Assembly: GCA_963751705.1 (NCBI GenBank)
Contig: CAVVVN010000009.1
Span: 88,697-152,696 of the forward strand
Direction of reading: 5' to 3'
From: an uncultured Bacteroidales bacterium
GTDB lineage: Bacteria; Bacteroidota; Bacteroidia; Bacteroidales; GCA-2748055
Length of the DNA stretch: 64,000 nucleotides
This document shows positions 22,407-33,255 of this stretch, piece after piece. A program made the position numbers and the translations under genes. The notes beneath the pieces are model-generated. The model did no database searches. It had not been told where the DNA came from and was given only the letters and a program-made list of their open reading frames with translations. Numbering within the stretch: position 1 is the stretch's first letter; every line of letters begins with the position of its first letter.

Positions 22407-22979
22407 ATGGAATATATTCTGATCATTATATCTGCCGTATTTGTCAGCAACATCGTACTGAACCAGTTCCTGGGCATTTGCCCCTTTATCGGAGTTTCCA
22501 GCAAGGTGGAAACCGCCATTGGAATGACCGGGGCAGTCACCTTTGTCATGGTCATCGCCACCCTGGTCACCTATCTGATTTACCACTCGGTCCTGGTACC
22601 TCTGGATATTGTTTACATGCGTACCATCACCTTTATCCTGGTGATTGCCTCCCTGGTCCAGCTTGTGGAGATCATCCTGAAGAAGATCTCTCCCCCGCTC
22701 TACCAGGCCCTGGGCATCTTCCTTCCGCTGATCACCACCAACTGTGCCGTTCTGGGAGTAGCTGTCCTGGCTGTTCAGAAAGACTTTGGGCTTTTGGAAA
22801 GCACGGTATATGCCATCGGGAATGCCATCGGTTTCGGACTGGCACTGATCACCTTTTCCGGGATTCGCGAACAGCTGGATCTGCTCTCTGTCCCCTCACG
22901 CATGAAAGGAGTTCCCATAGCCTTTATCGTGGCGGGTCTGATGGCCCTGGCCTTTATGGGATTTGCGGGGATCGTTTAA
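22407..22979 (+). CDS. rnfA: Rnf complex subunit A
   Basis: FLGICPF, LPLITTNCAVLG. Confidence 0.96.
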   Translation: MEYILIIISAVFVSNIVLNQFLGICPFIGVSSKVETAIGMTGAVTFVMVIATLVTYLIYHSVLVPLDIVYMRTITFILVIASLVQLVEIILKKISPPLYQALGIFLPLITTNCAVLGVAVLAVQKDFGLLESTVYAIGNAIGFGLALITFSGIREQLDLLSVPSRMKGVPIAFIVAGLMALAFMGFAGIV

Positions 22980-23041
22980 TCCGCAAGACGGAAAACAGTC
23001 TTCGCTAAACGAAGCAGGGCAGAAACTACTTAGTGCTCCAA

Positions 23042-23695
23042 ATGTCAGATAAGATTATCCGGAATACCGTCAGTTTTGTAAAGGAGACCCTGGCTGGAGC
23101 TGAGGGAGGACACGACTGGTTTCATATGGAACGGGTCTGGAATACGGCACGCTATATACGGGAGCAAGAAGGTGCAGGTGATCTGCTAACTATCGAGCTG
23201 GCTGCCCTCCTGCACGATATTTCCGATGCGAAATTTAATGGCGGGGATGAAAAGATGGGAAGCCGCCTGGCCGGTGAATTCCTGTTGAGACAGCAAGTGG
23301 AGCAGGAGAAGGTGGATCATGTGCGGCTGATTATCCAACATGTCTCCTACAAGGGAGGTTTTGCCCAGGATAACATCTCCAGCATTGAATTTAAGATTGT
23401 TCAGGATGCCGACCGGCTCGATGCCATGGGAGCCATCGGGATTGCCAGGGCCTTTAATTACGGGGGATTCAAGAACAGGCCCCTACACAATCCAAAAATG
23501 CCCCTCCGGGAATATGACGATTCCAGATCCTATCATACCTCGGATGCCCCCACCATCAACCACTTCTATGAGAAACTGCTGAAACTGAAAGATCTGATGA
23601 ATACCTCCACTGGCAAAGCCTTGGCAGCTGAGCGGCACGAATACATGCTGCAGTTTCTGGACCGTTTCTACAAAGAGTGGGATCCGGGTAAATAA
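23042..23695 (+). CDS. HD-domain phosphohydrolase
   Basis: GHDWFH, LLHD, QDADRLDAMGAIG, HFYEKLL. Confidence 0.9.
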   Translation: MSDKIIRNTVSFVKETLAGAEGGHDWFHMERVWNTARYIREQEGAGDLLTIELAALLHDISDAKFNGGDEKMGSRLAGEFLLRQQVEQEKVDHVRLIIQHVSYKGGFAQDNISSIEFKIVQDADRLDAMGAIGIARAFNYGGFKNRPLHNPKMPLREYDDSRSYHTSDAPTINHFYEKLLKLKDLMNTSTGKALAAERHEYMLQFLDRFYKEWDPGK

Positions 23696-23723
23696 TACTT
23701 CGGGATTTGATCTAAGAGTCTGC

Positions 23724-25079
23724 CTAAAACAGGTAGTTCAGGTTAATATATAAGCCTGTATCTCCATCTGCTTTTTTGGCTGCCATGCCGTAATCGACCG
23801 TTACAATGAAGTTCTGGTTCAGGGCGAAGTGGATCCCGCCGCCAAAGCCAAGGTGAGGCACCTCTTTGGCATTCAGGTCCAGAATCTGGTCGGGAAAGTC
23901 AGCCGGAAGGATTGCCGGAATTCCAGAACTGTCAAAATCGTATTTCTGGGTGACCATTCCCGCGTCCGCAAAGGCTGAAAGGGCAATGTAGAAATTCTGT
24001 TTGAATAAACTGGTCCTGAGTATTTTTCCCCTTAATTCTAGATTTCCAAAGACAAAGCCATCACCCACAATCCGGTTGCGCCTGACACCGCGAACGGTTT
24101 TTGACCCGCCCACCCCATCTCTGGTTAGTTTGGGAGCCGACTGGAACATAAAAGGCATCATGTAAAAGGGCATCTCCCCGGCAATCTTGCCCTGGTAAGA
24201 AAGCCTGTATGCCAGGTTCATCCACTCCGGGATCAGGGTGAAATACTGCCGGTGAGTCAGAACGAGCCTGGCATATCCATAATCCCGGTTACTCAGGAAG
24301 GCAGGAGCATAGTGCAACTGCATTTCCGACCAGATTCCGGTAAATGGATTGGGTTCGTTGTCCCTGGTATCGTAGATAAGCCCGCCCTTTAATATGGTAT
24401 GGTTTCCGCCCTTGATCTGATCCTCCTTTATCAGTCCCCAATCCACATAGCTGCTATACAATGAATTGGACGATAAGAGATCCTCCTCCTTATCTTCGTT
24501 CAAGCCATCCACATCCACGGCATCGATGGAATTCCCATAATAGGCAATCCCCCCCAGCCAGCGTACCTTCTGCCCGATAATCTCTCCCTGGAAATCAGCC
24601 TTGAGCCTCAACAATTGTCTTGAATGCCTGTAAAAGAGCCGGTTGGCAAAACCCTGCGAATCATAGGTCTCTTCAAAATCCAGGTTGTAGACCGCCTGGT
24701 AGCCATTAAAACCATAAAAGTCAAGCGCCTTCTCCGTTAGATAACTCGCCTCAAACAGGGATCTGATTCCGGGTAACAGTTTGTCTGTCTCGTAGGTAAG
24801 CTGGTTAATCCCGTTTCCCTTGGTAGTGCGTGACCACTCCACATACACGGAATGATCGTACTGCGGATAACGTGATCCATCCCCGTACCAGTAGAGGTTT
24901 ACCAGGGCTCCATACTTAAATCCGATATCCGAATCATAGGCCACCACCGGGACACCTCCCAGGTTAAATCCGGTCTTTACCTTCTCTGTCTTTTTCGTAG
25001 AGGTGGTATCCGCATTCTGGGCAAAAAGTGAGACGGACAGGAGCAATATAAGTCCAATGGAAAACAGTCGGATTTTCAT
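23724..25079 (-). CDS. BamA/TamA (Omp85)-family outer-membrane beta-barrel, no POTRA domains apparent
   Basis: Signal peptide from ATG 25079; YDTRDNE, GGSKTVRG, C-terminal LNYLF. Confidence 0.8.
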   Translation of the reverse strand: MKIRLFSIGLILLLSVSLFAQNADTTSTKKTEKVKTGFNLGGVPVVAYDSDIGFKYGALVNLYWYGDGSRYPQYDHSVYVEWSRTTKGNGINQLTYETDKLLPGIRSLFEASYLTEKALDFYGFNGYQAVYNLDFEETYDSQGFANRLFYRHSRQLLRLKADFQGEIIGQKVRWLGGIAYYGNSIDAVDVDGLNEDKEEDLLSSNSLYSSYVDWGLIKEDQIKGGNHTILKGGLIYDTRDNEPNPFTGIWSEMQLHYAPAFLSNRDYGYARLVLTHRQYFTLIPEWMNLAYRLSYQGKIAGEMPFYMMPFMFQSAPKLTRDGVGGSKTVRGVRRNRIVGDGFVFGNLELRGKILRTSLFKQNFYIALSAFADAGMVTQKYDFDSSGIPAILPADFPDQILDLNAKEVPHLGFGGGIHFALNQNFIVTVDYGMAAKKADGDTGLYINLNYLF

Positions 25080-25180
25080 AGAAGCTGGTTTTAGTCCGGG
25101 CAATTTAGGAATAATTTCCAATCGGTCCCCTTAAAGGAAACAGAATATTATGTACTTTTAATTATACCAAGTCCATAAAA

Positions 25181-26236
25181 ATGAAAATAATTCGTCCCCT
25201 CATCTACCTGGTCCTGATCCTTGTGGGAGCATTTATCCTGTTTCTTCTTTATGCCACCCTGGACGACTTCAAGCCCAAGGCTGTTAGTGACCAAGCCATT
25301 GAATGTAAGGCAGATATTCTCAGTGACTCCTTGCGGCTTAAGCTGCTCATATGGAACATTGGATATGCCGGTCTGGATGCCTCCATGGATTTCTTCTATG
25401 ATGGAGGCAAGAAAATGCGCCCGGACAGAGTGGAAGTTCTGAGTAACCTGGAGGGGATCCAGAGCTCCCTGGCTCCCTATTCGGGCTATAATTTCATCCT
25501 CCTGCAGGAGGTGGATCAAAACTCCAAAAGAAGTTATCATGTCAATCAGTATGAGGCCATAAAGAATCAGTTTTCAGCTTACAGTGCGTATTTTGGGAAA
25601 AACTACGAGGTGGGTTTTGTGCCCATCCCGCTCACCGAACCCATGGGGAGGGTTAAATCGGGAGTGATGACCCTGTCCCTTACCTGTCCGCTAAGTGTGG
25701 AGCGGCACAGTTTCCCGGGGAACTACAGCTGGCCCGTAAAACTATTTATGCTGGATCGCTGCTTTCTTGTAAGCCGCTACCAGCTGAGTAATCAGAAAGA
25801 ACTGCTTATAATCAACACACATAATTCGGCCTACGATGATGGCTCACTCAGGGCCCAGCAGATGAACCATCTAAGCGCTTATCTGCTTGCCGAATACGAG
25901 AAAGGGAACTATATCATTGTGGGAGGCGATTGGAACCAGACCCCTTTTGGCTTCGAACCGGAGCTTCCCTCCCACCGTTTCGATAACGAGAACCTGAGCT
26001 ATATAGAGAAAGACTACCCTGCCGCCGGATGGCACTGGGCATACGATCCTGAGCTGCCTACCAACAGGCGTGTTGCCACTCCCTATGACAGGGCTAATTC
26101 TCTTACCACAGTGATCGATTGTTTCCTGGCATCTCCCAATGTGGAGTTGAGCAAGGTAAAAACCGTGGACCTGGATTTTCAATACAGCGACCACCAGCCT
26201 GTGCAGGTTGAGGCCAGTTTATGCTTACATCCCTAA
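25181..26236 (+). CDS. Endonuclease/exonuclease/phosphatase family protein
   Basis: WNIGY, LQEVD, NTH, GGDWN, SDHQP. Confidence 0.9.
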   Translation: MKIIRPLIYLVLILVGAFILFLLYATLDDFKPKAVSDQAIECKADILSDSLRLKLLIWNIGYAGLDASMDFFYDGGKKMRPDRVEVLSNLEGIQSSLAPYSGYNFILLQEVDQNSKRSYHVNQYEAIKNQFSAYSAYFGKNYEVGFVPIPLTEPMGRVKSGVMTLSLTCPLSVERHSFPGNYSWPVKLFMLDRCFLVSRYQLSNQKELLIINTHNSAYDDGSLRAQQMNHLSAYLLAEYEKGNYIIVGGDWNQTPFGFEPELPSHRFDNENLSYIEKDYPAAGWHWAYDPELPTNRRVATPYDRANSLTTVIDCFLASPNVELSKVKTVDLDFQYSDHQPVQVEASLCLHP

Positions 26237-26250
26237 TCCGATCTCCCGAT

Positions 26251-28641
26251 ATGAAAATTCTAAAGCGTTTTCTCACCATCCTTCTGATCGTGATCGTGCT
26301 GGCAATGGCAGGCGGCATGATCTTCCTGAATAGTGTAAAAACCCGGGCCCTGCCTGATTACCAGGCAGGTGTTGACCTCGAAGGACTCTCTGCCCCAGTT
26401 ACGGTGTTCCGCGATTCTATGGGGATTCCTCATATCTATGCCAACAACGAGGAGGATCTCTACCGGACCGTAGGCTATGTGATGGCCCAGGACCGCATGT
26501 GGCAGATGGATCTGATGAGAAGAATTACCACAGGCCAGTTGTCGGAAGTGCTGGATCCAGGACTGGTGGAGGCGGACCAGCTTTTCAGAGCGCTTGATTT
26601 CCCGAAGAAATCCCGCATGGTCATAGCACAAACCGATCCCGCTATCCTCCGGTGTGTGGAAGCCTTCTCCAATGGAGTGAATCAGTATATCACCCAGAAT
26701 CAAAAAAAGCTCCCCTTCGAATTCACCATGCTGGCTTACCAGCCAGAGCCCTGGGAATTGGAGCACTCCTTTAACCTCATCGGGTACATGGCCTGGGACC
26801 TGTCATCGGGATGGAATACCGACATGACCCTCTATAAGATCCAGCAGCTGGTCTCGGATACCCTTTTCAGGGAGCTGCTGCCTGATATGAATGTACACCA
26901 GATTCCTGTATTCCCCGAGTTTATGAGTTCTGATCCCGGACTGGAGCTTCAATCGGCCATGTCAGCTGCCATCGGGATCATCGATGAACTCGGGCTAGAG
27001 GTATTTGAAGCTTCCAATAACTGGGCCGTCTCAGGAAAGAAGAGTGAAACCGGGAAACCCATCATGGCCAATGATATGCACCTGGGGCTGATGGCCCCGG
27101 GAATCTGGTACCAGATGCACCAGGTGATAGAAGGCAGTTTAAATGTAACAGGCGTGGCCCTGCCGGGAGCTCCTTTTATAATTGCCGGACACAATGAGGA
27201 TATAGGCTGGGGGATGACCAATGTGACCGTGGATGACCTGGATTTCTACCTGGAGACCATTAATCCGGCCGACAGCAACCAGTACCTTCTGGACGGGAAC
27301 TGGAAAGATATGTTACTTGTGGAGGAACATATTCCGGTGAAAGGAGCGGATGAGCCTGCCCTTCGTATCAATCGCTTTACCCACCGCGGGCCCGTGGTCA
27401 GCGGGTTTAAAGGAGTTCAGGATAAAGTTATGTCGGCCAGCTGGCAGGGCAATGAATTTAGCAATGAAGTGCGCAGCGTATATCTCCTTAACCGGGCCGC
27501 TAACTGGGAAGAATTCAGAGAGGCGCTCCGGACCTTTAATTCCGTGAGTCAGAATGTGGTCTATGCAGACCGGTTTGGAAACATCGGACTGCAAACAGCC
27601 GCGGGGGTTCCCATACGGCACTCCGGTGGAATCCTGGTCTACCCGGGCGATACCTCTCTGTATGACTGGCAGGGAACGGTTCCCTTTGAGGAGCTGCCCA
27701 GCTCCTACAATCCGGAATGCGGGTATGTTTCCAGCGCCAACAACAAGACGGTGGATTCGGACTACCCCTATTACATTGGTTCCTGGTTCAGCCTGCCCTG
27801 GCGTATTGGCAGGATCCGCGAAATGCTGGAGGAAAAAGAGCTCCTTGGAACCGAAGACTTCAAACGAATGCTTCGAGACCAGCACTCGCTATTTGCCAGG
27901 AAGATGACCCCGGTCTATCTGGAAGCCCTGCAGGATCAGGAAAACGGGGAGTACCAGTCGGCTTTCGAGGCCCTGGAGGCATGGGACTACGATATGCAGG
28001 CCTCCTCGGCGGCCGCCTTAATTTTTGAAATCATGTTCCTGGAACTGAACAGAGCCATGTTCGAAGATGAGCTGGAGGAGCAATACGGGCAGCTGGCTTT
28101 CACCCCCATCGCCGGAAATCTGATAGAGAAAACCAGGATAACCGGAAAATCCCTCTGGTGTGACAATGTGAATACTCCTGATATTAAGGAGAACTTCCAT
28201 GATAATATCCGGAGCGCTTTCCAGCATGCCCTGGATACCATCAGCTCCATGTACGGACCCGATGTCTCCTCCTGGGAATGGGGCCGCCTGCACAAAGTAG
28301 CCCTGATGCATCCCCTGGGTGGGGTTCCCATTGTGGAGCGTTTGTTTAAGGTGAATCGCGGGCCCTATGCCATTGGGGGCAGTTCCCATACCGTTTCCCC
28401 CTATAGCTATCCGAAAGGGAGCAGCTTTATTGCCGATCATGGAGCCTCTGAGCGCCATATCTTCCATACGGCTGACTGGGACAGGTCTTTAACGGTGATT
28501 CCCACGGGGACTTCCGGGATCCCTGCTTCTCCCCATTACCTGGACCAGACCCAACTATACCTCAACAACCTGTATCACAGGGATTTTTTCAGCAGGGAGG
28601 CGGTGGAGGCCAACCACCTTTACCGGGCGGTATTTGAATAG
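26251..28641 (+). CDS. Penicillin acylase family Ntn-hydrolase (peptidase S45)
   Basis: GIPHIYA, AQDRMWQMD, catalytic ASNNWAV, ANDMHL, SANN. Confidence 0.93.
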   Translation: MKILKRFLTILLIVIVLAMAGGMIFLNSVKTRALPDYQAGVDLEGLSAPVTVFRDSMGIPHIYANNEEDLYRTVGYVMAQDRMWQMDLMRRITTGQLSEVLDPGLVEADQLFRALDFPKKSRMVIAQTDPAILRCVEAFSNGVNQYITQNQKKLPFEFTMLAYQPEPWELEHSFNLIGYMAWDLSSGWNTDMTLYKIQQLVSDTLFRELLPDMNVHQIPVFPEFMSSDPGLELQSAMSAAIGIIDELGLEVFEASNNWAVSGKKSETGKPIMANDMHLGLMAPGIWYQMHQVIEGSLNVTGVALPGAPFIIAGHNEDIGWGMTNVTVDDLDFYLETINPADSNQYLLDGNWKDMLLVEEHIPVKGADEPALRINRFTHRGPVVSGFKGVQDKVMSASWQGNEFSNEVRSVYLLNRAANWEEFREALRTFNSVSQNVVYADRFGNIGLQTAAGVPIRHSGGILVYPGDTSLYDWQGTVPFEELPSSYNPECGYVSSANNKTVDSDYPYYIGSWFSLPWRIGRIREMLEEKELLGTEDFKRMLRDQHSLFARKMTPVYLEALQDQENGEYQSAFEALEAWDYDMQASSAAALIFEIMFLELNRAMFEDELEEQYGQLAFTPIAGNLIEKTRITGKSLWCDNVNTPDIKENFHDNIRSAFQHALDTISSMYGPDVSSWEWGRLHKVALMHPLGGVPIVERLFKVNRGPYAIGGSSHTVSPYSYPKGSSFIADHGASERHIFHTADWDRSLTVIPTGTSGIPASPHYLDQTQLYLNNLYHRDFFSREAVEANHLYRAVFE

Positions 28642-28645
28642 AAGA

Positions 28646-29035
28646 TCAGGATAAATACCCGTCCATCTTATCCAGCAGCAGGCTCATGTTCAGCGGTTTG
28701 GTCAGATAGTCGTCACACCCGGCCATTTTAGCCTCATGGTGATCCATGGAAAAGGCATATGCGGTCTGTGCAATCACCACAACGTCCCGGGCAAAGGACT
28801 TGATCTCCCGGGTGGCCGTGAACCCGTCCTTTTTTGGAAGATGAATGTCCATCAGGACCAGGTCTGTTTCGGGGTGATCGCGGACATATTGAACTGCCTC
28901 ATCTCCATCGGTCGTATAGGAGATACGGGCACCGGTCCCCTTTAAAAATGTACCCAGAAGAAAAGCACTTGATTCATCATCTTCCACCACCAGGATGTTT
29001 TTCGAGTTCCACCGGTATATGGGTTGGTCTTTCAC
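28646..29035 (-). CDS. Stand-alone response regulator receiver
   Basis: VVEDD, LMDIHLP, AQTA, KP. Confidence 0.9.
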   Translation of the reverse strand: MKDQPIYRWNSKNILVVEDDESSAFLLGTFLKGTGARISYTTDGDEAVQYVRDHPETDLVLMDIHLPKKDGFTATREIKSFARDVVVIAQTAYAFSMDHHEAKMAGCDDYLTKPLNMSLLLDKMDGYLS

Positions 29036-29162
29036 TATAAGAAAGTTAATGAAAAATATCCCTCTATGAATCTTTTTAGCTCCAATAATTTAGGCTGGGG
29101 CTTAAAAAAAACTAATTTTAAACCTTATAATTAATCTAATCGATCAAAAATTACTCTATCAG

Positions 29163-29924
29163 ATGAAATTGAGAAAGATCCTGGGAATTGATATTGGTGG
29201 TTCCGGCGTAAAAGGCGCCATCGTTGATACCAAAAAAGGTATACTCCTAAGCGAAAGATACCGGATTCCCACCCCGCAACCTGCTACGCCCCAGGCAGTA
29301 GCTAACGTAATTAAAAAAATAACCCAGCACTTTGACTGGAAAGGTCCGGTGGGAGCCGGATATCCCGGAGTCATCCAGCAGGGCGTCGCCCGAACAGCTG
29401 CCAATGTGGACGATAGCTGGATCAACAAGGATCTCAATAAACTCTTTTCAAAGGCTACCGGCTGTAAGGTGCATGTGGTGAACGATGCCGATGCTGCCGG
29501 CATGGCAGAAGTTAAATTCGGGGCAGGGAAAGGAAAAATGGGAACCCTTCTGCTGGTCACCGTGGGAACCGGACTGGGTACGGTGATTTTCAGCAACGGG
29601 ATGCTGGTCCCGAACCTGGAAATGGGGCATATTCTGCTACATGGTGCCGATGCCGAACTCTATGCTACTGATGCAGCACGCAAAAAGCAGGAGCTGGATT
29701 GGGACACCTGGGCCGGCCGTTTTAACGAATACCTGCTTCGCGTGGAGGAACTGCTCTGGCCGGACTTGATTATCATAGGAGGGGGCGCCAGTAAGAAGGG
29801 AGACAAGTTTTTCCATCATCTGACCACCAAAGCCAAGGTGGTCCCTGCCAAACTGATGAATGAGGCAGGAATCGTAGGTGCTGCCATGGTCAGCAAATAC
29901 TACAACAAGCTGGAAGCGGAATAA
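29163..29924 (+). CDS. ppgK: Polyphosphate glucokinase (ROK family)
   Basis: [37 protein letters not shown]. Confidence 0.9.
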   Translation: MKLRKILGIDIGGSGVKGAIVDTKKGILLSERYRIPTPQPATPQAVANVIKKITQHFDWKGPVGAGYPGVIQQGVARTAANVDDSWINKDLNKLFSKATGCKVHVVNDADAAGMAEVKFGAGKGKMGTLLLVTVGTGLGTVIFSNGMLVPNLEMGHILLHGADAELYATDAARKKQELDWDTWAGRFNEYLLRVEELLWPDLIIIGGGASKKGDKFFHHLTTKAKVVPAKLMNEAGIVGAAMVSKYYNKLEAE

Positions 29925-29926
29925 CT

Positions 29927-30709
29927 TCAATCGAGCTCCCTGATCCTGATATTCTTGAAGGAAACCTTTCCGGGATGATCCTGAAAGCAGATATGGCCTT
30001 TTGAAAATTTGCCAAAGCCTTTCCACCGTTCATCCCCCAGATATTCCGCATCTTCAGGTCTGTTAAACTTGCTCTTTTGAAACATGTCTTCCCAACCTGG
30101 TCCTGATAGAGGGAAAGAATTAATGCGCACCTCATTCAGGATTACCTCTCCCAGATTGGCCTTGTAATCTATCTTAATGTGATAGGTGTTCCACTGCCCG
30201 GCTGGCCTTGCCACATTCATATCCGCGGGTGCAGAGAGATCATACAGTGCACCCACAAAATGTAAGCGGGCTGCCAGATCCTCTCTGGCATTATTGATCT
30301 CTATCTCACCACCGAGAGCGATTCGGGGATCCTCATAAATGGCAGGATCCAGAATCTGAATTTCGGGTCCTGTTTGATAGGGATAGTTATATTTTTTATC
30401 CTCCTGGACACCCCACATAAATCCGCTGTTCCCCCCCGGTACAATTTTCCAGTCAAATTTTATTTCAAAGTTCTCATAGACTTTGTCTGATAACAGACTG
30501 GCATCCCCTTCTCCGCTCTCCATATCGGATATCCCGTTAAAAATCAATATATTATTCTCAACGATCCACCCGGATTTCGTACCCTTATCCTGGAAAATAT
30601 GCCACCCTTCCAGGGAGTTATCTATAATCAGGTCCTTCCATTCGGCCTTTTCTTTTAAACAGCTGCTCAGGCCTATAGCCAAAAGCAGGGGCAATAGTAG
30701 CTTGTTCAT
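29927..30709 (-). CDS. DUF1080 (3-keto-disaccharide hydrolase-like) lipoprotein
   Basis: Lipobox LSSC; GGNSG, GPEIQILD, GQWN, FQDH, FKNIRIREL. Confidence 0.85.
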   Translation of the reverse strand: MNKLLLPLLLAIGLSSCLKEKAEWKDLIIDNSLEGWHIFQDKGTKSGWIVENNILIFNGISDMESGEGDASLLSDKVYENFEIKFDWKIVPGGNSGFMWGVQEDKKYNYPYQTGPEIQILDPAIYEDPRIALGGEIEINNAREDLAARLHFVGALYDLSAPADMNVARPAGQWNTYHIKIDYKANLGEVILNEVRINSFPLSGPGWEDMFQKSKFNRPEDAEYLGDERWKGFGKFSKGHICFQDHPGKVSFKNIRIRELD

Positions 30710-30770
30710 CCTGTGAGTTTTTCCAGTTAACTATTGTATTTGCTTCATCCCAGATTTCAAGTCAGAGATC

Positions 30771-31382
30771 CTATTCGTAGATTCGGAGAACCTGGCCCCG
30801 GTCGTAACCCAGTACACTTCTTGCATAGGCAGAGACTACCTTTTTCATTGGTATGGGAAGGTAGCCCGGGAAATAATCTTTTAGCTTTTCATAGGAATCT
30901 TCCACCAGTCCGGGTGCTACCGCATTCACCCTGATCCCATCTGGAATTTCCAGGGACACTGCCTTAACAAAACTGTGCAGCCCGCCATTCACCAGCGCAG
31001 CACTTGCGGTCTGCCTGACAGGATCATCTGCCAGGATCCCCGTGGTTAAGGTGATCGAGCCGTTTTGATTCAGGTAGTGCTGTCCGATCCGAACCACATT
31101 TACCTGTCCCATTAACTTGCTTTTCAGCCCGATATAATAATCCTCTTCAGTCAGTTCATTAAAAGCAGTCCATTTCGCCTGTCCTGCAATACAGATGATG
31201 GCATCCAGCTTACCAGTACGTTCAAACATGGATTTGATGGAAAAGCTGTCGCTGATATCCACAGACTGCTCTCCACTGCTTCGTCCCGCGGTGATTACTT
31301 CATGATCTGCTGCAAAGTGCGCTGTGACCTGGTTCCCAATAGTTCCCTTTCCACCAATGATCAGTATCTTCAATTTCTTCAT
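30771..31382 (-). CDS. Short-chain dehydrogenase/reductase
   Basis: IIGGKGTIG Rossmann motif, SKLMGQVN, RVNAVAPG. Confidence 0.9.
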   Translation of the reverse strand: MKKLKILIIGGKGTIGNQVTAHFAADHEVITAGRSSGEQSVDISDSFSIKSMFERTGKLDAIICIAGQAKWTAFNELTEEDYYIGLKSKLMGQVNVVRIGQHYLNQNGSITLTTGILADDPVRQTASAALVNGGLHSFVKAVSLEIPDGIRVNAVAPGLVEDSYEKLKDYFPGYLPIPMKKVVSAYARSVLGYDRGQVLRIYE

Positions 31383-32227
31383 AAGCCTAATTTTTGTGTT
31401 TTGTAAAAGGTAACATTTTCCCCGTCCCAGATATCGTTTGCGGGCAGGACCTTATCAAAATGCTCTGTCATAACAAAGCTCCTGGAGGAGAGTATATTAA
31501 ACATATCCTCTGTGGTAAAATAATGTGTCCAGAATCGATAATTCTGTATCCGGTCTGCCTCATCAATGATGGTATGCTGTTTCAGAAATACCCGGGCCTC
31601 CGGATAATGAAATCCGCTGGCCAGTTCCAAATAGGGCGCAGGCTTCCAGAAGCCGCTGAATTCATAGGACCAGGTCTGAGTTTCCTCAAACTTCTGCTCC
31701 TTATTCCGGTCATTCAGTACATCAAAAATGAAGCTGCCCCCCGGCTTCAGTGCCCTGTGGATCCTGTCCAGCAAACCCTCTCTTTCGTCCGGAAGCAGAA
31801 CCCCCAGATCAGTATATATAAGCAGAATAAGATCAAACTGGTTTTCGAAATCAAGCTCCAGATAATCCTGATGCAGGTATACAATGTTTAGCCCCTTCTC
31901 CCTGGCCTGATCTTCGGCATACCGGATAGAATTCTCTGAAAAATCCATCCCGGTGCAAGTATGTCCTGATTCGGCCAGCTTTTCCAGGTACAGGCCCGGA
32001 CCACAGCCCAGATCAAGAATGCTCATCGGGGATTTTTGGCAAAATGATTCAATGAACACATGGGTCTGGTGGATGCTCTCCAGTGATCGGCTCGCGGAAT
32101 CAACTTCGGGATTGAGGTGCAGCTCCAGCAACTTCTTGGAGATATGCTCGTCCGTCCAGATAATGGAATCCCCTTTTTCGTATAATTCCGGTTTCTGAGC
32201 TGCACTATGCAGTTTATCTAAATCCAT
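31379..32227 (-). CDS. Class I SAM-dependent methyltransferase
   Basis: LDLGCGPG, ALKPGG. Confidence 0.9.
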   Translation of the reverse strand: MDLDKLHSAAQKPELYEKGDSIIWTDEHISKKLLELHLNPEVDSASRSLESIHQTHVFIESFCQKSPMSILDLGCGPGLYLEKLAESGHTCTGMDFSENSIRYAEDQAREKGLNIVYLHQDYLELDFENQFDLILLIYTDLGVLLPDEREGLLDRIHRALKPGGSFIFDVLNDRNKEQKFEETQTWSYEFSGFWKPAPYLELASGFHYPEARVFLKQHTIIDEADRIQNYRFWTHYFTTEDMFNILSSRSFVMTEHFDKVLPANDIWDGENVTFYKTQKLGL

Positions 32228-32371
32228 AAGCCGCCTTGGAAGGAAATGAATACCTATTCTTTGTTTATCAAATTTATGCCTCTAACAAATAATATAAACG
32301 GGATATTGCAAATCATGCTCGATCCCGGATAAGCAAGTAAGCCAATCAACTTTCTCCTTATGCTTAATAAG

Positions 32372-32791
32372 TTATGCCTTTAACCCGGCCTTGCAGTTCA
32401 GACAATAAGTCCGATGAACGCTCAAGCCTGAATCACACTCCATGCAGGTCCATCTATCCTGTTCTGACTCGAGAAATAATAACATTCCCTTTGTTTGTAT
32501 GAAACGCAGGTTATCGATCATACTCATGCCATATTTGGTCCGATATCGCTTATCAAGACCTTTTAATCTGGTGCAGGGAAATTTCAGGCAATCATAGCAG
32601 AATCCCGACTCAGTCTGAGCCAATAATTCGCAGTTTTTTATACTGCAGCTTCTGCAAATCTCCGGCTTATTCTTTTGATCTTTTCTGAAACAACCTCCGC
32701 AGGGCTTTTTCTCCCTCAGATATCCAATGCATAGGCCACAATTCATTCCACAGGCTGCGATCAATCCTTCATATCTAAGCTCTTCTTTCAC
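32372..32791 (-). CDS. DUF3795-like cysteine-rich protein
   Basis: ACGMNCGLC, CGGC, FCYDC..FPC, SMIDNL; GTG start. Confidence 0.8.
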   Translation of the reverse strand: MKEELRYEGLIAACGMNCGLCIGYLREKKPCGGCFRKDQKNKPEICRSCSIKNCELLAQTESGFCYDCLKFPCTRLKGLDKRYRTKYGMSMIDNLRFIQTKGMLLFLESEQDRWTCMECDSGLSVHRTYCLNCKAGLKA

Positions 32792-32797
32792 GCCTTA

Positions 32798-32815
32798 ACA
32801 AGTTAAGGAAGTCTG
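32798..32815. repeat. 18-bp direct repeat ACAAGTTAAGGAAGTCTG, copy 1
   Basis: Identical to 33238-33255; contains TAACTTGT on the minus strand. Confidence 0.85.
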
Positions 32816-32849
32816 ATCAAAATGAAGCATCCTGTTTCCTTATATTCTC

Positions 32850-33233
32850 TTAGCCTTGAAACAGCAGTAAAATCCGGGGTATAAATACGAAAGCGCCTAC
32901 CAACAGAGCGGTTATGGAACTTATCAACACTGCTGCTGCGGACAGGTCCTTTATTTTCTTAATACGGCTGTTCTGCTCCAGGCTGATCAGGTCCGCTGTA
33001 TTTTCTATACTGGAGTTAATTGTTTCAACCACAAAAACGATCCCTATGGCGATAGTAAGTGCGATCCATTCGAACCTCGAAATTTTAAGCAAAATCCCGG
33101 CAATAATTGCGCAAATGGCAGCCAGGGCATGAATTCTGGAGTTGTGCTCCTCAAAAAACAGGAGTCTAATTCCATTGAAAGCGTAAGTAAAGCTTTTTGC
33201 TCTTCTCTTTATGGAAAACTTGTTATCCTTCAT
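32850..33233 (-). CDS. dgkA: Diacylglycerol/undecaprenol kinase (DgkA family)
   Basis: SFTYAFNGI, EHNSRIH, ETINSSIE, KDLSAAAVL. Confidence 0.9.
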   Translation of the reverse strand: MKDNKFSIKRRAKSFTYAFNGIRLLFFEEHNSRIHALAAICAIIAGILLKISRFEWIALTIAIGIVFVVETINSSIENTADLISLEQNSRIKKIKDLSAAAVLISSITALLVGAFVFIPRILLLFQG

Positions 33234-33237
33234 GCAT

Positions 33238-33255
33238 ACAAGTTAAGGAAGTCTG
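33238..33255. repeat. 18-bp direct repeat, copy 2
   Basis: Identical to 32798-32815. Confidence 0.85.
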
